Positions 37,586 through 51,976 of a DNA stretch of 64,000 bases are shown here, piece after piece. Origin of the DNA: Marsupella aquatica (Eukaryota; Plantae; Marchantiophyta); contig OZ316894.1 of assembly GCA_973895155.1 (NCBI GenBank), forward strand, positions 25,666,709 to 25,730,708, read 5' to 3'. Below the pieces are notes generated by a model. It saw only the letters and a list, made by a program, of their open reading frames with translations. It was not told where the DNA came from and made no database searches. A program made the translations under genes and the position numbers. Positions within the stretch are counted from its first letter, which is position 1, and each line of letters opens with the position of its first letter.

Positions 37586-40188
37586 TCGTGTTCCTAGATT
37601 GATTTATGACAGCCAGATCTCCCTAGGGATGTGACCAAATATTAGTTTTAAGGTTTCTTCTTCTTCTTCTCCAGGTTGGCCAATGTCCCAGTGTGTGAAG
37701 GACAAAATGCTTTGCAATATTCATATCTAGTTTTTCTAGATTAATTCATGACAGTCAGATCTCTCTATGGGTGTCAAGCAACATCATTTCCAAGGTTTTT
37801 CCTTCTTGAATAGCCAGGTTGACAAGTATCTTAGCCTTAGATTCTGGCTAATTGGGACTACAGGTGAGAAAGTGACTAATGGAAGACAAAAAACCTGGCC
37901 ATTTATTTGTGTCAAAAGTGACAGACTTTTCAGAGAGTCCATCTAGCAAATTCTTTCCTTTTAAAAGAAGGTTGATGTAAAACCCGGTGTCTGTGTGGGG
38001 CCTCTCATGGTCATAGTCTTTAAGAGCTTTTAATCATGTTCTGAATTTTGCTTTGTATGTTAAACTACCCTTACCTATATCACCCTCAAACTTCTATAGG
38101 CACCAAAAACCCCCGCCACAGATTTCTCTTTGTATTACTATGGATGTCTATTATCTATAACCCCCCTGCCAGGCTGGTCTGGCAGTTATGAGATTTTGGC
38201 CCCTTGGCAAGCCCACTTGGAGGGTTATCCAATTTCAGGCACAGTTTCCTTGTAAAAAGTAGAGCAAACTATGCTTTGCTTGGGGCTTGTGCTTGTTAAT
38301 CCATGGCCACTTGGGGTTATGACTTAAACCCCCTTGGGTTCCCCTTGATCATTTGTGTTCCCATTGTGTGCTCACAACTGGTAAGCTCCACTGTGTATCT
38401 CCGCCCAGAGGAAGTTACTTGGTTGTTACCAAGCCCAACCATAGCTCAAAACCATAATGCAGGCCTACCACAACATCCTTACTTGATTCCCTTTCAAAGT
38501 TCCCACCCATCATCCTGGGTCATGAGTGATCTCGTGGCAAAGTGCCCTACACATTAGAATGAAAGCTTCATTCTTTACACACACGTGAAACACAACATGG
38601 AAACAAGCCTGAGCCCGAGCAAAGAGAATGCAACTGCTTGGATCAGTGGAACACCTAGTTCTTAAAGCTGGGTTCCTTTGTCTTTCCTCATTGCTGCTAT
38701 TGGTTCAGCAATTCAAATGGACGCCATCCTACCCACTTTTACATTTAATGCTGTGTTTTTGGCTTTATTTATCTAGCTCTGTTGTCAACTCCATTGTGAT
38801 TTTGTATCATTCTAGTCGATGATCTAGTCAAAATTGGACATTGATTGCCAGATTTTTACAGGATTAAAGTTATTGGGAGTGCTTTAGGGAAGCGTTTTCA
38901 TACATACATACTTTTGGGTGACTTTTACAATTAGGTGTTATTTATGTGCTACCAAGAGTGTACTCCTTACGAACTACTTTTAATTTTTTTTGGGAATGAA
39001 AAAGACTTTTCTTTTTTAGCCTTGAAACTTAAAGCTGGCCCATCCAACAGAGGATAGACAATTAACTCGAGAGCATGCACCTCTGTAGGGAAACCCACCA
39101 GGGACTGAAAAGGACTTCAATTCTCCAAACAAAAAAATAATTTGAATTCTGGGCCCACCTTGCCTGACATCTGCATAATATTTGAAAGTAGCTTGCACCA
39201 AAAGTTAGACAAGTCCACACAACTTTGTCTCTGGGTATGTATCAGGAAGTGGCCCTTCATGTTTCAGGTCACATCCTCCTCTACACTTTGCCTGTGGTAC
39301 TTCACTCTTCACATTCTTCTCTTTACCATATGCCAGGGCTCTCGATCTTCCTCCATGGTAAGAGCAGAACATGATGATTTTATCCCCAATTGACAGAAGG
39401 CACAGAGCTTAAATTGATACTAACATTTCCCAAGGTCAGACTGAAAATAGTCAAGATGCAGTGACAAAGATCTGGTTTGATCCCAAGTACTGTATATTCG
39501 TGGTAATTATTTCCGGAACAACAACACATTGTTACATTTAAGAAGTACAGCACCGCATTGAAGGTTGTCTGAGACTTAGCAAAAATGTAAAAGCTGATTG
39601 ACGCCAAATCCATTGTGGAAACCCCAGCAAGTTGTTAGATTGGTATCCAATTGTCAACCATTGCACCTTCACGTTCGCACGTGAAAGGGTTTCGTGAACA
39701 CAAGAATACTTCATGTTCCACTCTGGAGTACGCCAAACTTGCAGCCCCTCGAAATACACTCCAGATGATCCTACCAACGAAATTAGGCCCGTTAAAGAAT
39801 GTGCCAGTGACATTCCCATAGGAAGCTGAAAAGGGTTGCACATGTGTGTAGTCTTGCAAGGTATTGTTGGCTCACCTTTCTGCATTATTTGTTGCATGTG
39901 CTCGGAGGTTGAATTCTCTATCTCACGCGTGAAAGCTGAAGAGTTTCCTTGTAGACCTTCATTTAGACTTCAGACTTATTAGCCAGTACGTTGCTTTCCC
40001 GTTCCTGGTTTCGGGGTTGGGGAACTCATACAGTAAATCTAGCATACTTCCTAGCCAATACTTCACAGCCAAGTAGAACAAACGAACGCCTCCCCCACCC
40101 CCCGCTCCCAAACAACCTTCTCTATCTGTGAGTACACCTTTCTATATATTCGTAGTGCTTGTCGTTTCTTTTGCCTGGCCAAAACCAG

Positions 40189-40278
40189 GAACTCCCTTTT
40201 GGTGCAAGAACTTACAATGCACGCCTTTCGAAGGAACTCCCTTCTCGTGCAAGAACTGACAATGCACGCATTTCGAAG
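40189..40278. repeat. 45-bp tandem repeat x2
   Basis: GAACTCCCTT.T.GTGCAAGAACT.ACAATGCACGC.TTTCGAAG occurs twice; partial copy near 40381. Confidence 0.8.
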
Positions 40279-41253
40279 ACAAATGAATTCGCAGTTACAA
40301 TTTCACATCTTTGCAGATTTTCGTCACAATGCTGCAAGAAAACCCTAAACGTAAGGAGTCGTACCCAACATCCAATCTGTAATGCACGCCTTACAGAAAG
40401 GTTATTGTTATAAGATGAATTTCTTCAACCCCATACAATGTTCATTAATGTAGCTATACGTTTCATAGGGACATGGTACGAATTGGTATGAAGAAACCTA
40501 ATGCCAACCACCATAGCGACCACAATTTTGTTGTGTTAGAACGTCCTGACAAAATAAGTAATATTTGCTCGAGTCAGATCTAAATCGTTCACTGGATATG
40601 CTGAAGAGGGTGGTGTTAGGCCAGAAATTCATCAAATCCAAATTACTGTAGCTGATGACGTGGAAAATAACTGTATTTTTCAATTCAACCGAGGCAGAAC
40701 GGATCAGTCAACAGAAAGAAGTCCTCTTGAGTGTATTAAATGGCAAGATTGCCAATTGAGTCCAATGTTCCTACTCTGTGCCAATTCACGGAAAGTAATA
40801 TTTTCGAGATCCCAGAAGTAATAACTGACATCCCTAATATTTCAACTACGAGGCCTCCAACAACCTTGTCTGCAGACAACAAAGAAACTTCTTCAGGTGA
40901 TGGCATCCTTGCCAACACCTTCCCTTACCTCAAAACTGATAAGGAAAATAAACTGCCAGATACTGTACAACTGCCTAATTGTATTGAACACTAATTTAAG
41001 GAGCTCAGATTTCCGAGTCAGCTAATGAATAAACAGAACCTCAGTACTCTCCAAGCAAATGCTGGTCAGAAGTCAGTGGCGCATATGATTATTCATTACA
41101 GGACACCCACCTTATGTCGCTCATGTCTTTCCAGCATAAATAACTCTACAACATCACTGCCTTTGTACATGAGGTCAGCGCAGAAAGCATTCCAACCTTG
41201 GCCAATACTAAACAATACTATCCCTCTTCGAGTATTCACAAAATGCTGAACAA

Positions 41254-44200
41254 TTATTTCTCCTTGACCTCAGTGGCAGCTTCCTCCTCGAGCTCATCAA
41301 ATTCCCATCCTTCTGTTTCACCCTGTGCCAGATCTTCACTTCCGCTGATATCCTTGGGGTCTTCACTAGGAGGTGAATTCGTGGGCTGCTCATCGATTTC
41401 AGGACTTGGTTTCTCGTCGGTAGGGCCCGCTTCTCCAGTGAGATCTTTGGAAGAGTCGTGTTTGGTCGTTGCTGCCCTAAGCTTGTCTCCAGTTTCAATG
41501 ACTTGTGCCCTTGCTTTCTCAAATATGGCCCGTCCTTGCTGTATGGCCTTTTTCTCAACTTTCTCAACTGCAAACTCGGGTCTTTGAAGGGCATCATACT
41601 CCTTCCTCAACGTATCTAACGCTTCAAACGACTGCAGCAGTTTGCTTTCTTCTGCACTCCTTTGCCTGCGCAACAAAATTAATGTGGAGCAAAACACTGT
41701 GAAACGTAGTCTCGTCTCAATGATAAATAATCGGACAGCACCGAAGTCTGTGCCTCTAAGAACTGCAAATGACGGAAGTTTCTCTTCAAGAGCCCTAAAT
41801 TCTATATCTGACTGAAATCTATCTTTCAGTTGGAGCCAAGAGTCCTTTCCATTACAAAAACCTTGCAGGCAAAGTATGAACGTGACGCTAGTCAGCGATT
41901 CCTTCAGTAAGGTTTCAAAAGATCAAGCTTTTTATTATTGTCCGGTAATGAAGAAGAACTGCCGTACTTCGTTTGCCATGCGTGTAACACTCAACAACTT
42001 ATACTCAATAAAACATAATAAAAGTCAGGAGTGACATACAGCCCAATGTCAGGTCCACTAGGAGTAGCATAATAATCAAAATAGATATAGCTAACCAAAA
42101 GTAGCATCAAGTAAACTTACTCTTCTTGTGTGGTTTGATAAGCTCGTGTTTCTTCCTCGAGCTGTGCTATCCCCTTGAACAGCTTGTCCATCTATAGAAA
42201 CACAAAAGTTATTTCACCTTCGAGACTTTAGTTGAGATTATTGACTCCAAACTGCTCAACCCTAGCTAGTTCATTTCCTGATCAACGGTCACTTTCATAG
42301 TCTTGGACGAGAAATATACTTGGGTTTCGGTGTCCACATAATTCCTCTGGGTTGTACGCATTGACTTGTTAATATCATCAGACCTTTCATCTGTGCTTCC
42401 GTCCGTCCCACTTTCTCTGTACAGCAAGTAAAATAAAATACGATGACTAAAGTAAGCCCCTTGTCATCAAAGTTGTAACAGAAGAAGATTACGGAACAAC
42501 TATGTTCTCCCTTCACCTGGTTCGAGTCAGTTCGAGGACCGTTCAACCAGCACGGACTTGAAGCATTGAATGGACTTCCTATCTGACTATCTGGATTCCA
42601 TACAACCATCCCCCCCCCCCCCCCCCCCCTGGTTACCAGTACTAAATTTCAAATCTAGGACGACCCTAGTTAGAGTGATCTGACTAGCATAGTGTATCGT
42701 GTACTTTGGCATACTGTACCGAAGCGTACTTTTTCTGTCTTAACGTCTCAAGCTGTTCTGCATCGAACTTCAACCTTTTCAACAAAAGACCCGCTTCCTC
42801 CTGCATGAAATTATCAAGCTGATTTGAGTCCATCCCATACTTCTCATGAAATCTGAAAGACGAAAGAGGGACGATGAAGAAACTACATGCATGACTCCCA
42901 AACTCAACGTGATTTGAGCCACAAGTAACGACCAAGCTAGATATTTAACGACAACAAATGAGACTCCACATTGACCTCATCATCGGTACATCTTCAACCA
43001 TCAAAACACTGTTCAGTGTCACTAACAAAGAATACACATCTAAAAACCATCCTTGAAAAACCATCCGTAGAAAATTGATCACATCCACGTCGATGTAAAG
43101 AAACATGCTTTTTCCCGAGTAAATCCACAAGACGAGCGCAACAACAGTTTACATTCCATTCACAAGTTTTCCTCAGAGACCGCAATTTTCCCAAGCACTC
43201 TTCTGGAAGCCCTAACCACAAAGCGCATGAAGATTTGGAAATACCGCAAAAAAAATTCAAGAGTCATGTTTGATTTATAGTTCGTGAGGCATTACTATTT
43301 CAGCTGTTCACTTGGCAACTCAGCACATACCTGACGAAAGACCAAGTTAATGGAAGAAATCTGGAAAAAATGCTGCTTTGCTTTCTCCCAGGCAATCCTT
43401 CAATCAGAGGAGCACGATAACAATCTCAAGACCGAGCAAAGTCATCATCGAACTTTAGAGTCTATCCGTTAATACCAGAACAAACAGATCGACAAGCTAG
43501 TCCAACTGCAAACGAGATATCCATGGAGCCACACAAAAAGAACAACACAACTGAAGGATACCGTTCTACAGGAAGTTTTCTTGCTTTTCCACAAAATTTA
43601 AGATATACCAAAGGTTCTGGTCTGAACACATTTGATACGGAGATCTAACAGAACACAAACTTTAATCAGCATCTTACTCTGTATCTTTTGCAGTTTGTTC
43701 AGCAGATGCAGACTGATGAACCCAAGTATCTTCAAGAAAATTCACCCACGTCTTCACAACACTTTCTTCGGCTATGGTTGCAATCACTAAGTGTGACAGT
43801 TCTTCTTCCTGAAAACCACAGGAAGTCCATCCTGAAAAAAAGATGCATCCTCTACAGCACAAACAGCGCTTGAGGCGACAGTAGAGAAAAGCTTTCATGG
43901 AATCTTAAAGTGTAGGACATTTTAGCTGTCAAAGTTCAACTGTCGCTACTCGACATTCGTACAACAAGGTCCATGTAATTCACACACACAGTTTCCACAG
44001 AAAGAGACGTAATGGGTTTAGTCTGCGCGACACTGCCAGCACAACACAGCACAGGTCAATGAATGAACCTTGACTGAGAGATGGGCGACCATGTTGCTAC
44101 TGGCTACATCAAATTGTTCCTTTTCTTCTTGCGTGTGGATGTGTCGTGCGGTAGCAGCTGCTAGGGCCGCTATTACCTGCCAATACAAAGCTTCAAACGA

Positions 44201-47200
44201 GTTACTGCAAGAAGCAGGAAAACTTTTGCTGCACGTGTGATACTCATGCGTTATAGGGCCCAATAGACAATGGTTCACTAAGTTTCATTCCAAGGGAACC
44301 ATCGCTTTCAAACTCTTTAAGCTTGATATGAGACTGCAGCAAACAATTGCAGCTAGCCAGAGCAATGAAGATGAAGGTCATTCCTAGAATGCAAACATCA
44401 CAGAAATGATGAGACGAGCATTGAAAGTACACAACTCACTTCTGCCAACTCTGCCTCAAGTTCTTGTCGGCGCTTATCTAGCTCACGGACCTCTGCAGCA
44501 ACAACCTGGAAGAGTACCAAAATGTGTGCATTGAACCTCGGTCTCAACAACAGAATTCACATGATTACATCAACCATTTTGATAACCTTACCTTGAAAAA
44601 TCGGGATCCCTTCCCATCTGAGGAAAAAGTTTAAGAACTGAAAGGATTTGAAGGAAAACAGGCCACCAGACCGAGAATTTGAGAGGAAAGGATGCCACAT
44701 GTTTACTCCAGTCTGTCTCATTGAAGTAACAAATGAGCAATCTTGTTATTTGTATTTACCTTTTCGACCTCTGTAACCTCCTGTGCTTTTGCGTTACGGA
44801 AGTTAATTGCCTCTTGCTTTTGCTGCCTGCCCAATAGCCCACGGATTCGTGTCTTAAAAATGACAGTTTGTCTCAACAAAAAGGTAGAAATCTCCGACCA
44901 GCACACGAGACAGATGATTAGCTACACACCTCCTTGTCTAGATACGGGACATGGATATTTCCAGATATACAGTTGACATTTACAGGGATGTGGACGACCA
45001 AAGAAAAGATAGACTGTCGTCATTTATTACTGGTTCTCAAGAAGCTGCTTCTGAATCGCCTCAGCAGAGCTGCTTAGTCTCCCCGTGAGCTCCTTCAGCT
45101 TTTGTACCTGCAGTCAATACATTTACCACTGGTTAAATTTTCCTTGAAGTCTGTACTATACGATGTTAACAAGGTTAGACATGAAATAATTTACTCATCT
45201 TTCGCTTAACGTGCCCACTGAACAAACGGATGACAATCACAAGTGGACATCCTTAGAATAGTGAACTTCATCAGAAAATCTTGAGTAATCCTGATAGTGT
45301 AGAACTGATATAATGATGAGATTTATGTCTGGATAAGACACCAGGAAGGTGTTTTGGAGCAACAAAATAAATACAAATCAGGCTGCAATTCTGTGAACGC
45401 CTGACCGTCTTCAGTGGAATTCTTCCACGATTCGTGTCCGTAAAGAAAGTTATTGTCCAAAGACAAATCAGCTGCCCCTATGACGTCCCTAGAATAATAT
45501 TTGCTCAAATCGTCATAGCAAGTAGGTATGGTAGTCGACCGGGACAACGAGGATAGACTCGATCTGTTGCATGAGTGACTTCCCCAGTACACTTAGAACG
45601 GTCTGACAATTGTTGTCCTGCATGGATCAGTCCTGGTATAGCCTGGAGACCAGTACCTTCAAAGTACGCTCCTCAGGACTATCTCCTGCCAGTAGTGCTG
45701 TAGACTTCTTCTGAAGGCACTGCCGTAAGCGAACCTGTAGCTGAAGGACATCTGCTGTTGTGCTGGATTCCTGTACCACAGAAGAACAGTTCATCATAAG
45801 AAACAACCAAGCATATCCCCCCGTACCGACAAGGACTACCACCTATTACAGAACCAGGAATCAGTACACCTTAAGTTTACACTCAGCTCAAAAAGAAAGA
45901 TTTCTGTAGATGAAATGTGACAAGTAGACGAAACTGATGAATGACAAGGACGAGCTCGCGCCTGAACAGCTGTAGGTGGCTGTGTTGCGTTTAAGCTTTC
46001 ATCTTGCAGTTCAAGCGCCTCCTCCTTTTCCTTTATTTCTTGCTGCAACGTAGCCATCTCTGCATCTAATCTGGTAGAGAAGGGTAGTGATAGGTTAAAG
46101 CTTTTTTTTACTTTTGAGAACGTATCTTACGCATTGACACTGGAATCCATAGTGCAATTACTTTTGAGTCGTCATAGTGCAAGCCAAGCAGGCTCAAGTC
46201 AACTTCCCATCTTTAATGTGCATCCCTCCCTGAAATACAACTAGACAAGCCATTTCTGAAGGCAGGTCTCTGAAAACCACTCCATCGGAAGAACGGCACC
46301 ACTGATAAGATTAAATATTTGAAACCCGGTGGTTAAAGTACCGCCCAGAAGAGGCTGGTTCAGCTCCTTTGGGATTAGAGCTTACCCGTTTGTTTGTAAC
46401 AAGGTTTGGTAAATTACCTTTCGACCTCCGGATTCAACTTCAATCCACTGATTGCGTCTCGAGCCATCTGGAGTAACTCATCCTTCCTGATCTGATATAT
46501 ATGTATCCAACTACGATGAGATCAGTCCTCAAACAAAATCTGGATCATTTCGTGACTCTAGAAATATCCTGATACAATGCTTCATCGTGACCTGTGTTTC
46601 CTCACTAATGAAATTGTAGCGTTTGGTTGAAAATTTAAACGAACAAGCAGAGTTTCCAAGTAAGTACATACATAATTCAAAATATTGCTTTCTGTGCATT
46701 CCGAATTTTTCAGACACCTCATTCATACTTGGCAACTGGACATCATGATCATATCAATGTTGACGAAATTGACTGACCAACTAACCAATCTCCAGGCTTT
46801 CAGTTGCGGGCTGTAATTACGTAATCGATTCAACCCCTCCTGTAATCATTCCTGACATACGAGACATACATTCCACGTAGAATATAACTGAGCTTACCAA
46901 GACTTCAGTGGCATAACTTGAAGCTGCCTTGGACAGATCTTGAATACTGCTGACAATGGCATGATGCAGCTCTTGGCCACCAGTGAGACACAGCCTGATC
47001 ACGAGAAAACAATATATGAGAAAGTGCGAATTGGACACTTACAGCCAATTAAAGAGTTCAAACTAAACAGGTAGCAGAAGACCTTGTAAAACACTGTTAA
47101 GTTCGCAGACTATTATTGTCCAGTGGTCTCAATCCCTTCGTCTCAAGGTGGAATTGACACTTGCACTAATCAGTTTAGTTCCGTTAAGTAAGACAATAAT

Positions 47201-48931
47201 GGAACTTCGGAGTCAACATTTCGACATAATGTGCCATAAAAGGGTTAGATGGATAGAACACGCAACTGCAAAATCTATAACCCAGGTCCTGAACTAAATG
47301 TAGTGGTATTATTGAACTCACCCAAATGTTTCCAGCAACATAGAAACCTCCTCCTCTGTAGGTGCTTCAAGAATCTGCAATATGACACCGCTGGTTACCG
47401 GATGCAGAGCATAGAAATTCCACTAGGAACAATGAAGCAGTTAAGTCATCCAAAGGTTCGGACTCCAAGTCCAGCGAGGCACCACTCTAAAAAGGATTTC
47501 ATCTGCCTCAATTCAATTAATAAAGGATTTTTTTCTTACCAGGGAAATGACTATATTCTCCACGGCATGACTTCGAAGAAAAACATCTCGAAAATTTAGT
47601 GGTTCACCAGCAGTATCAGCGTCGAAGAAAAGCACCTGTAACAAAATATTCTTAACGACTAGCCATGGCATCACAACTCTTTTTGATACAAACGAGAAGC
47701 GACGAGCGAAGTGAAATGCTGGGTACAAAAAAAAGATATATTAACTTCACTTCCAAGAAACTGAATTGCTACGATAACATCATATCATACGGCTACATAT
47801 CACTGTAATTTATGGCTCCAATAACTCTCCTCCCCATATCCTACCCGTCCAACAGCTGTCAGGAAGGTAACGCACCATGGATGCCCTCCGTGGTGAAAGT
47901 CCAAGCTCTTCGTCTAAACTCCTTGGAGATGATGACCCGTCACTTTGGGCACTGTCTGCTCTCTTGAAGGTATGATTGACCTCCTTGTCAATGTCCTTGA
48001 GGGCACCAAGCCATCTTGCAAGGGCTTGCTTCCTTTCCTCACCCCGTGCATTGAGAGCTACCTCATCCAGCCTTCTCACAGCATGTTTGAAATTATTTAA
48101 ATTCCGTCCAGACTGCCACAACCAACGGGAGAGCAACCTGAATGCCACGATAACATTTCTAGATTCTCATGTAACAAACATAACCATTTCGACGCGACGC
48201 CACTGACTGCTCTCCGGCTTGTAATTCTAGGACTATGTCACTTATCCAACAAAACTGCAGATCAATGAGGCGCATTTGGTCACACGAGAAACAAACAATC
48301 GAATCAGAAGGTTCTGCGTCCACGAAGGACCAGGCCTCCAGTCCAGGCTTTAGGTCGGAATTAGATTATAGAAACCACGGTAAATGGTCAATACGCAGAA
48401 TCTAATGTTTTTCAGGATCCATAAAGCAACAATCGCAAGGTCCCCATTCTACCACCCGGGAAACTAAGCAATTTGATGGCATTGTCAAAGAAGTCGGAAA
48501 CCAAGTACTCAGGGAAATATTGTATGCGTCACGACAAAGTGCAACAATTCAGCTGCAAGATCGTCAGTCGGGACAGGAGATGGATAAGAGTGTCAGTAAA
48601 AATTGCGATGAGATCAAACCATTTTGAATGATAGTTAGCTCGACAAGAAGGAAACGACACAAATTGCGGGGGCACTCAATCACAGATCAGTTCGGAGGGC
48701 CAACTTTGTACTGTACAGTTCGGATCCAGCTTTGTCAACGGCAATGAGGAAAAGCATGATAGAATACTGTACCAAGCGGTCTTGCACAATCTTTGCACCG
48801 CCTGCAACTGCCTGGCCCGCTTGCTGGTACACAGATCCCGCATAGGTTTTCACAGTCTTGCTCAGATTTGGACCTAAATTCTTCCCTCCAGCCTCTGCAG
48901 CCTTCGAGAGGGCCGATTTAATCCACGACAT
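41254..48931 (-). CDS. Conserved plant coiled-coil protein of unknown function (resembles Arabidopsis At5g13560/At2g37370), ~701 aa, 18 exons
   Basis: Exons 48931-48773, 48112-47876, 47635-47540, 47374-47322, 46994-46898, 46491-46418, 46070-45962, 45770-45657, 45107-45031, 44826-44760, 44505-44440, 44176-44069, 43808-43678, 43397-43331, 42800-42730, 42416-42320, 42191-42121, 41665-41254 sum to 2106 nt in frame. Recognised motifs: MSWIKSA...AGQAVAGGAKIVQDR, EPLNFRDVFL.S.A.E, LCLTGG.E.H.AIVSSIQDL, WVNFLEDTW, acidic EGWEFDELE C-terminus. Confidence 0.85.
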
Positions 48932-51900
48932 TTTCTCCCCAACTGTTTTCTCACACTGGCCTCAGCTCTTGACGGCCCTAGCCTGCCCTACGCGTTCCTG
49001 CTCACGGCACTACCTCCGCAAACCAGACGACTTGCAATCAGTTTCAGCTCGGCTCTAAACCTACATTGCTATCGTCTCCATTTCCACTCTCCCTCCTCGT
49101 CCTCCTCGTTGCCTCCCCCTCCTCCTCCGCTCTGCCTACCATACAGCAGCAGCATCCAGAACTCCAAGATGGCAGCCCGGAAGGCAACGACAGGAGTCCG
49201 TCCAGCACACTGCAATTCCCCAAACGGGGACCACCGTCGTCCACTAATTCAGTCACCTCGTCGCTCGTCCCTCCAACAACATCAACAACAACGAATTCGT
49301 CACTTCCGTGCCGCACAGGTCTTCCTTCCACTGAGGCCTTCGTCTCCTCTCCAACACCATCCACGATATCTAGAGATCCGGCAGAATCAACTCAATCAAG
49401 TGTCCACCTCCCAAGCTTAGTAATTTTTTGTGTGGGATGAGTGATGTATAAAACAACAGACTTCTCCTCTCTCGTTGTTCATCGCCTCCGTCTGCTACTT
49501 CCGCTTCTCGTCCACGGGTCTTCCTTCATTCTGTCTTCTGGTCTTCGGGAATGGCGCACTTCGTTCCCTCCGGCGTACACTCTTCTACATAGTGTAGAGT
49601 CGTAGTGTCGACCTCTACTCTGGGCCCCCCAAAGTACGCACGCCATCACATAATAATACCACGACGCTGACAGAGACGACCCCACCACCATTCTCGACAC
49701 GAGCTCGCCGATACACTACCCACGAGCGGGTTCGAACCCTCGACCCAGTGGTTGGTAGAAATCTGGAGCATCTGGGCCTTCCCTGTACATTCTCAATGGC
49801 TCAGATAAGAGATCCAGAGAAGCTGCTCTTCGATCGCAAAGAGGTGCAATCTTCTTTTAGCCTCGCGATACATTTTAATGTACAATACAGTACCGTATCT
49901 GCACTGCGCTCCTACGATGTGGTCACGCAGGCCTGGTGGGGTCTGGTTACTCTCGTCGTCGCTCTCGCTCGCTTCGACTGACTTTCGCTCAGCAGGTTTC
50001 TTGTGGACCGACGGACGGATATAGAGAAGGGAATCCGCTCGACTGAACGGTTCAACGCAGGACGGCTTTCCGGGTGTATGGGGACAAAAGTGGAAGTGTA
50101 GAGAGCCCCACATAACGATGCTGCTTGCTTCGAGACGCCGGATACAAGACGTGATGGCGCAATCTGCGCAACGGCACCTCGTGGTTGGCAATTGAAAGAA
50201 GAAACTGGAGAGCGTTCATTTGCGGCGCTCAGATACCACCCAGTCCAATGCATTCCTTCAAGGGCTATCGAAACTTGTCCCTTAAACATGGAGGTATTGT
50301 TGAGAAGAGCGATCTTTGCTTCGTATGAAACATAATTCTTCAAATTTTGCACGGTGCTAGATTTCACATGTGTTGATAGCTGCAAGTCCTAAGAGTGAAG
50401 GTTTCAGTCGAGCACAGGTCGGTTGTCGTCAGATAGTCACCGAAAGTCTTCATCCATTGTGATTGTGTCGATTTTTGCTAGTCAGTCTTGAGAACGAGGG
50501 AGGAACGAGAACGTGCGCAAGTGAAATTTTACGCAGGGACGCGAAGGAGGATAATTGGCGATGATGACGCCATCGTCGATCACATTCCAGAACTCCATTT
50601 TCTATGAGATACGTTACAGGGAGGGTTCTTCTCATATGCAGCAGGTTGTGGAGGTCTTTTGCCCCCTTGTGTCAAATTTGAGGTTGGGAATTTAGAAGTT
50701 GGTTGGGAACATGGTTTTACCCAATGAGCTACCGGTAGTCCTTGAAAATGTTGATCTGTACATTTGATATGATTTTGGTGGCACTCCAGTATGATGCACC
50801 CATCAATCTCATGGCATGCCAAGTTGTAGACAAAGTGGTCAGTAAGTTTTCTATTGAGGTGATGCTCCGTTTGGAATATTGTTACTTGGAACTACAATCC
50901 CTCGTTTACATCCTCTGGTTTTCTTACGAAATAAAGTAGGGGATCCCTTCTTCTGACCTTGTTCATTTTCCAAAAGTGTTAAAACACCAATCACAAATTA
51001 TGATATTATTATCTTTGTTATTATTGAGAAGCAATAGCCAGGATGGACTCCACATTGTCTATGAAACCCAGATGGACCTCCACATTGTCTATGAATTCCA
51101 GATAGGACTGACAAAGCTGAAATGGACTTGATCAGAACACTTAAATTGACTCAAATAAAATTGTTTACAATTTTGACTGAAATGCAACTTGTAAACAGTC
51201 TCCTAATTGTTTCAAGTCTTTGTATCAAAAGGAGATGCAAAATACATTTCTCGGTAACATTTTGACATAATCTTGACTTTGTTTTCCTTGCTTTAGCAGA
51301 TCCAGCTGTGATGGGCAAATACACAGTCAGCCATATTTTCATCAGTCAAACTTTCACAGACTGAAAACTCAAAATTACAAGGAAAGCTTCTCGAAAAGCT
51401 TTTACTAAGTACATACATACAAACAAACACTTGTGGCTATTTGTCTACATAATATTGGAGTGACATTTTGACATGATCTTGATTCTCTTTCAGTATGATG
51501 GGCAATCCACATTCCGCCATGTTCTCAATCAGTCAATCTTGCACAAAGTTTGAAAGTTAAGCCAAAAGACAAGGAAGCTTTATATGTGTACATACACACA
51601 AAATCATGAGGTTGCTGGTCTGCATAAGGTTGGAGTGGCACCTCTAATTATCAGTTTTCTTAAATATATTTGCAAAAAATTAAGTTGGGGTTACAACAAA
51701 CAATGCCACTTGCCTACAAATTCACGGGCAACGGTGATTAGTGCGTACGAAACTAATCATTTAGTGAGACTATTGATTGTAAAGAGTGTAGTTCAAAGTA
51801 TTTTTTTAAATGTTTCCATTTCAACAGAAAGTCCAACAAAACACAAGTATCTAGTTCTTAAAGGCAAGTTTCACAAGCAATGATAACCCAACCTACTGTA

Positions 51901-51976
51901 GCTACTGTACTTCAAGACAATATTAGTCCTTGGGATTGAATATGGGTCAGGGACAAACCGTGAAGAGTCACACTGA

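Noticed and set aside
42610-42629. C20 homopolymer
   Set aside because: Intronic simple repeat with no further structure.
49044-49440. Ser/Pro-rich and acidic ORFs
   Set aside because: Low-complexity 5' UTR or promoter region of the coiled-coil gene.
49715-49760. tRNA T-loop/B-box-like GGTTCGAACCC
   Set aside because: No A-box, D-arm or acceptor stem found; at most a SINE/tRNA relic.
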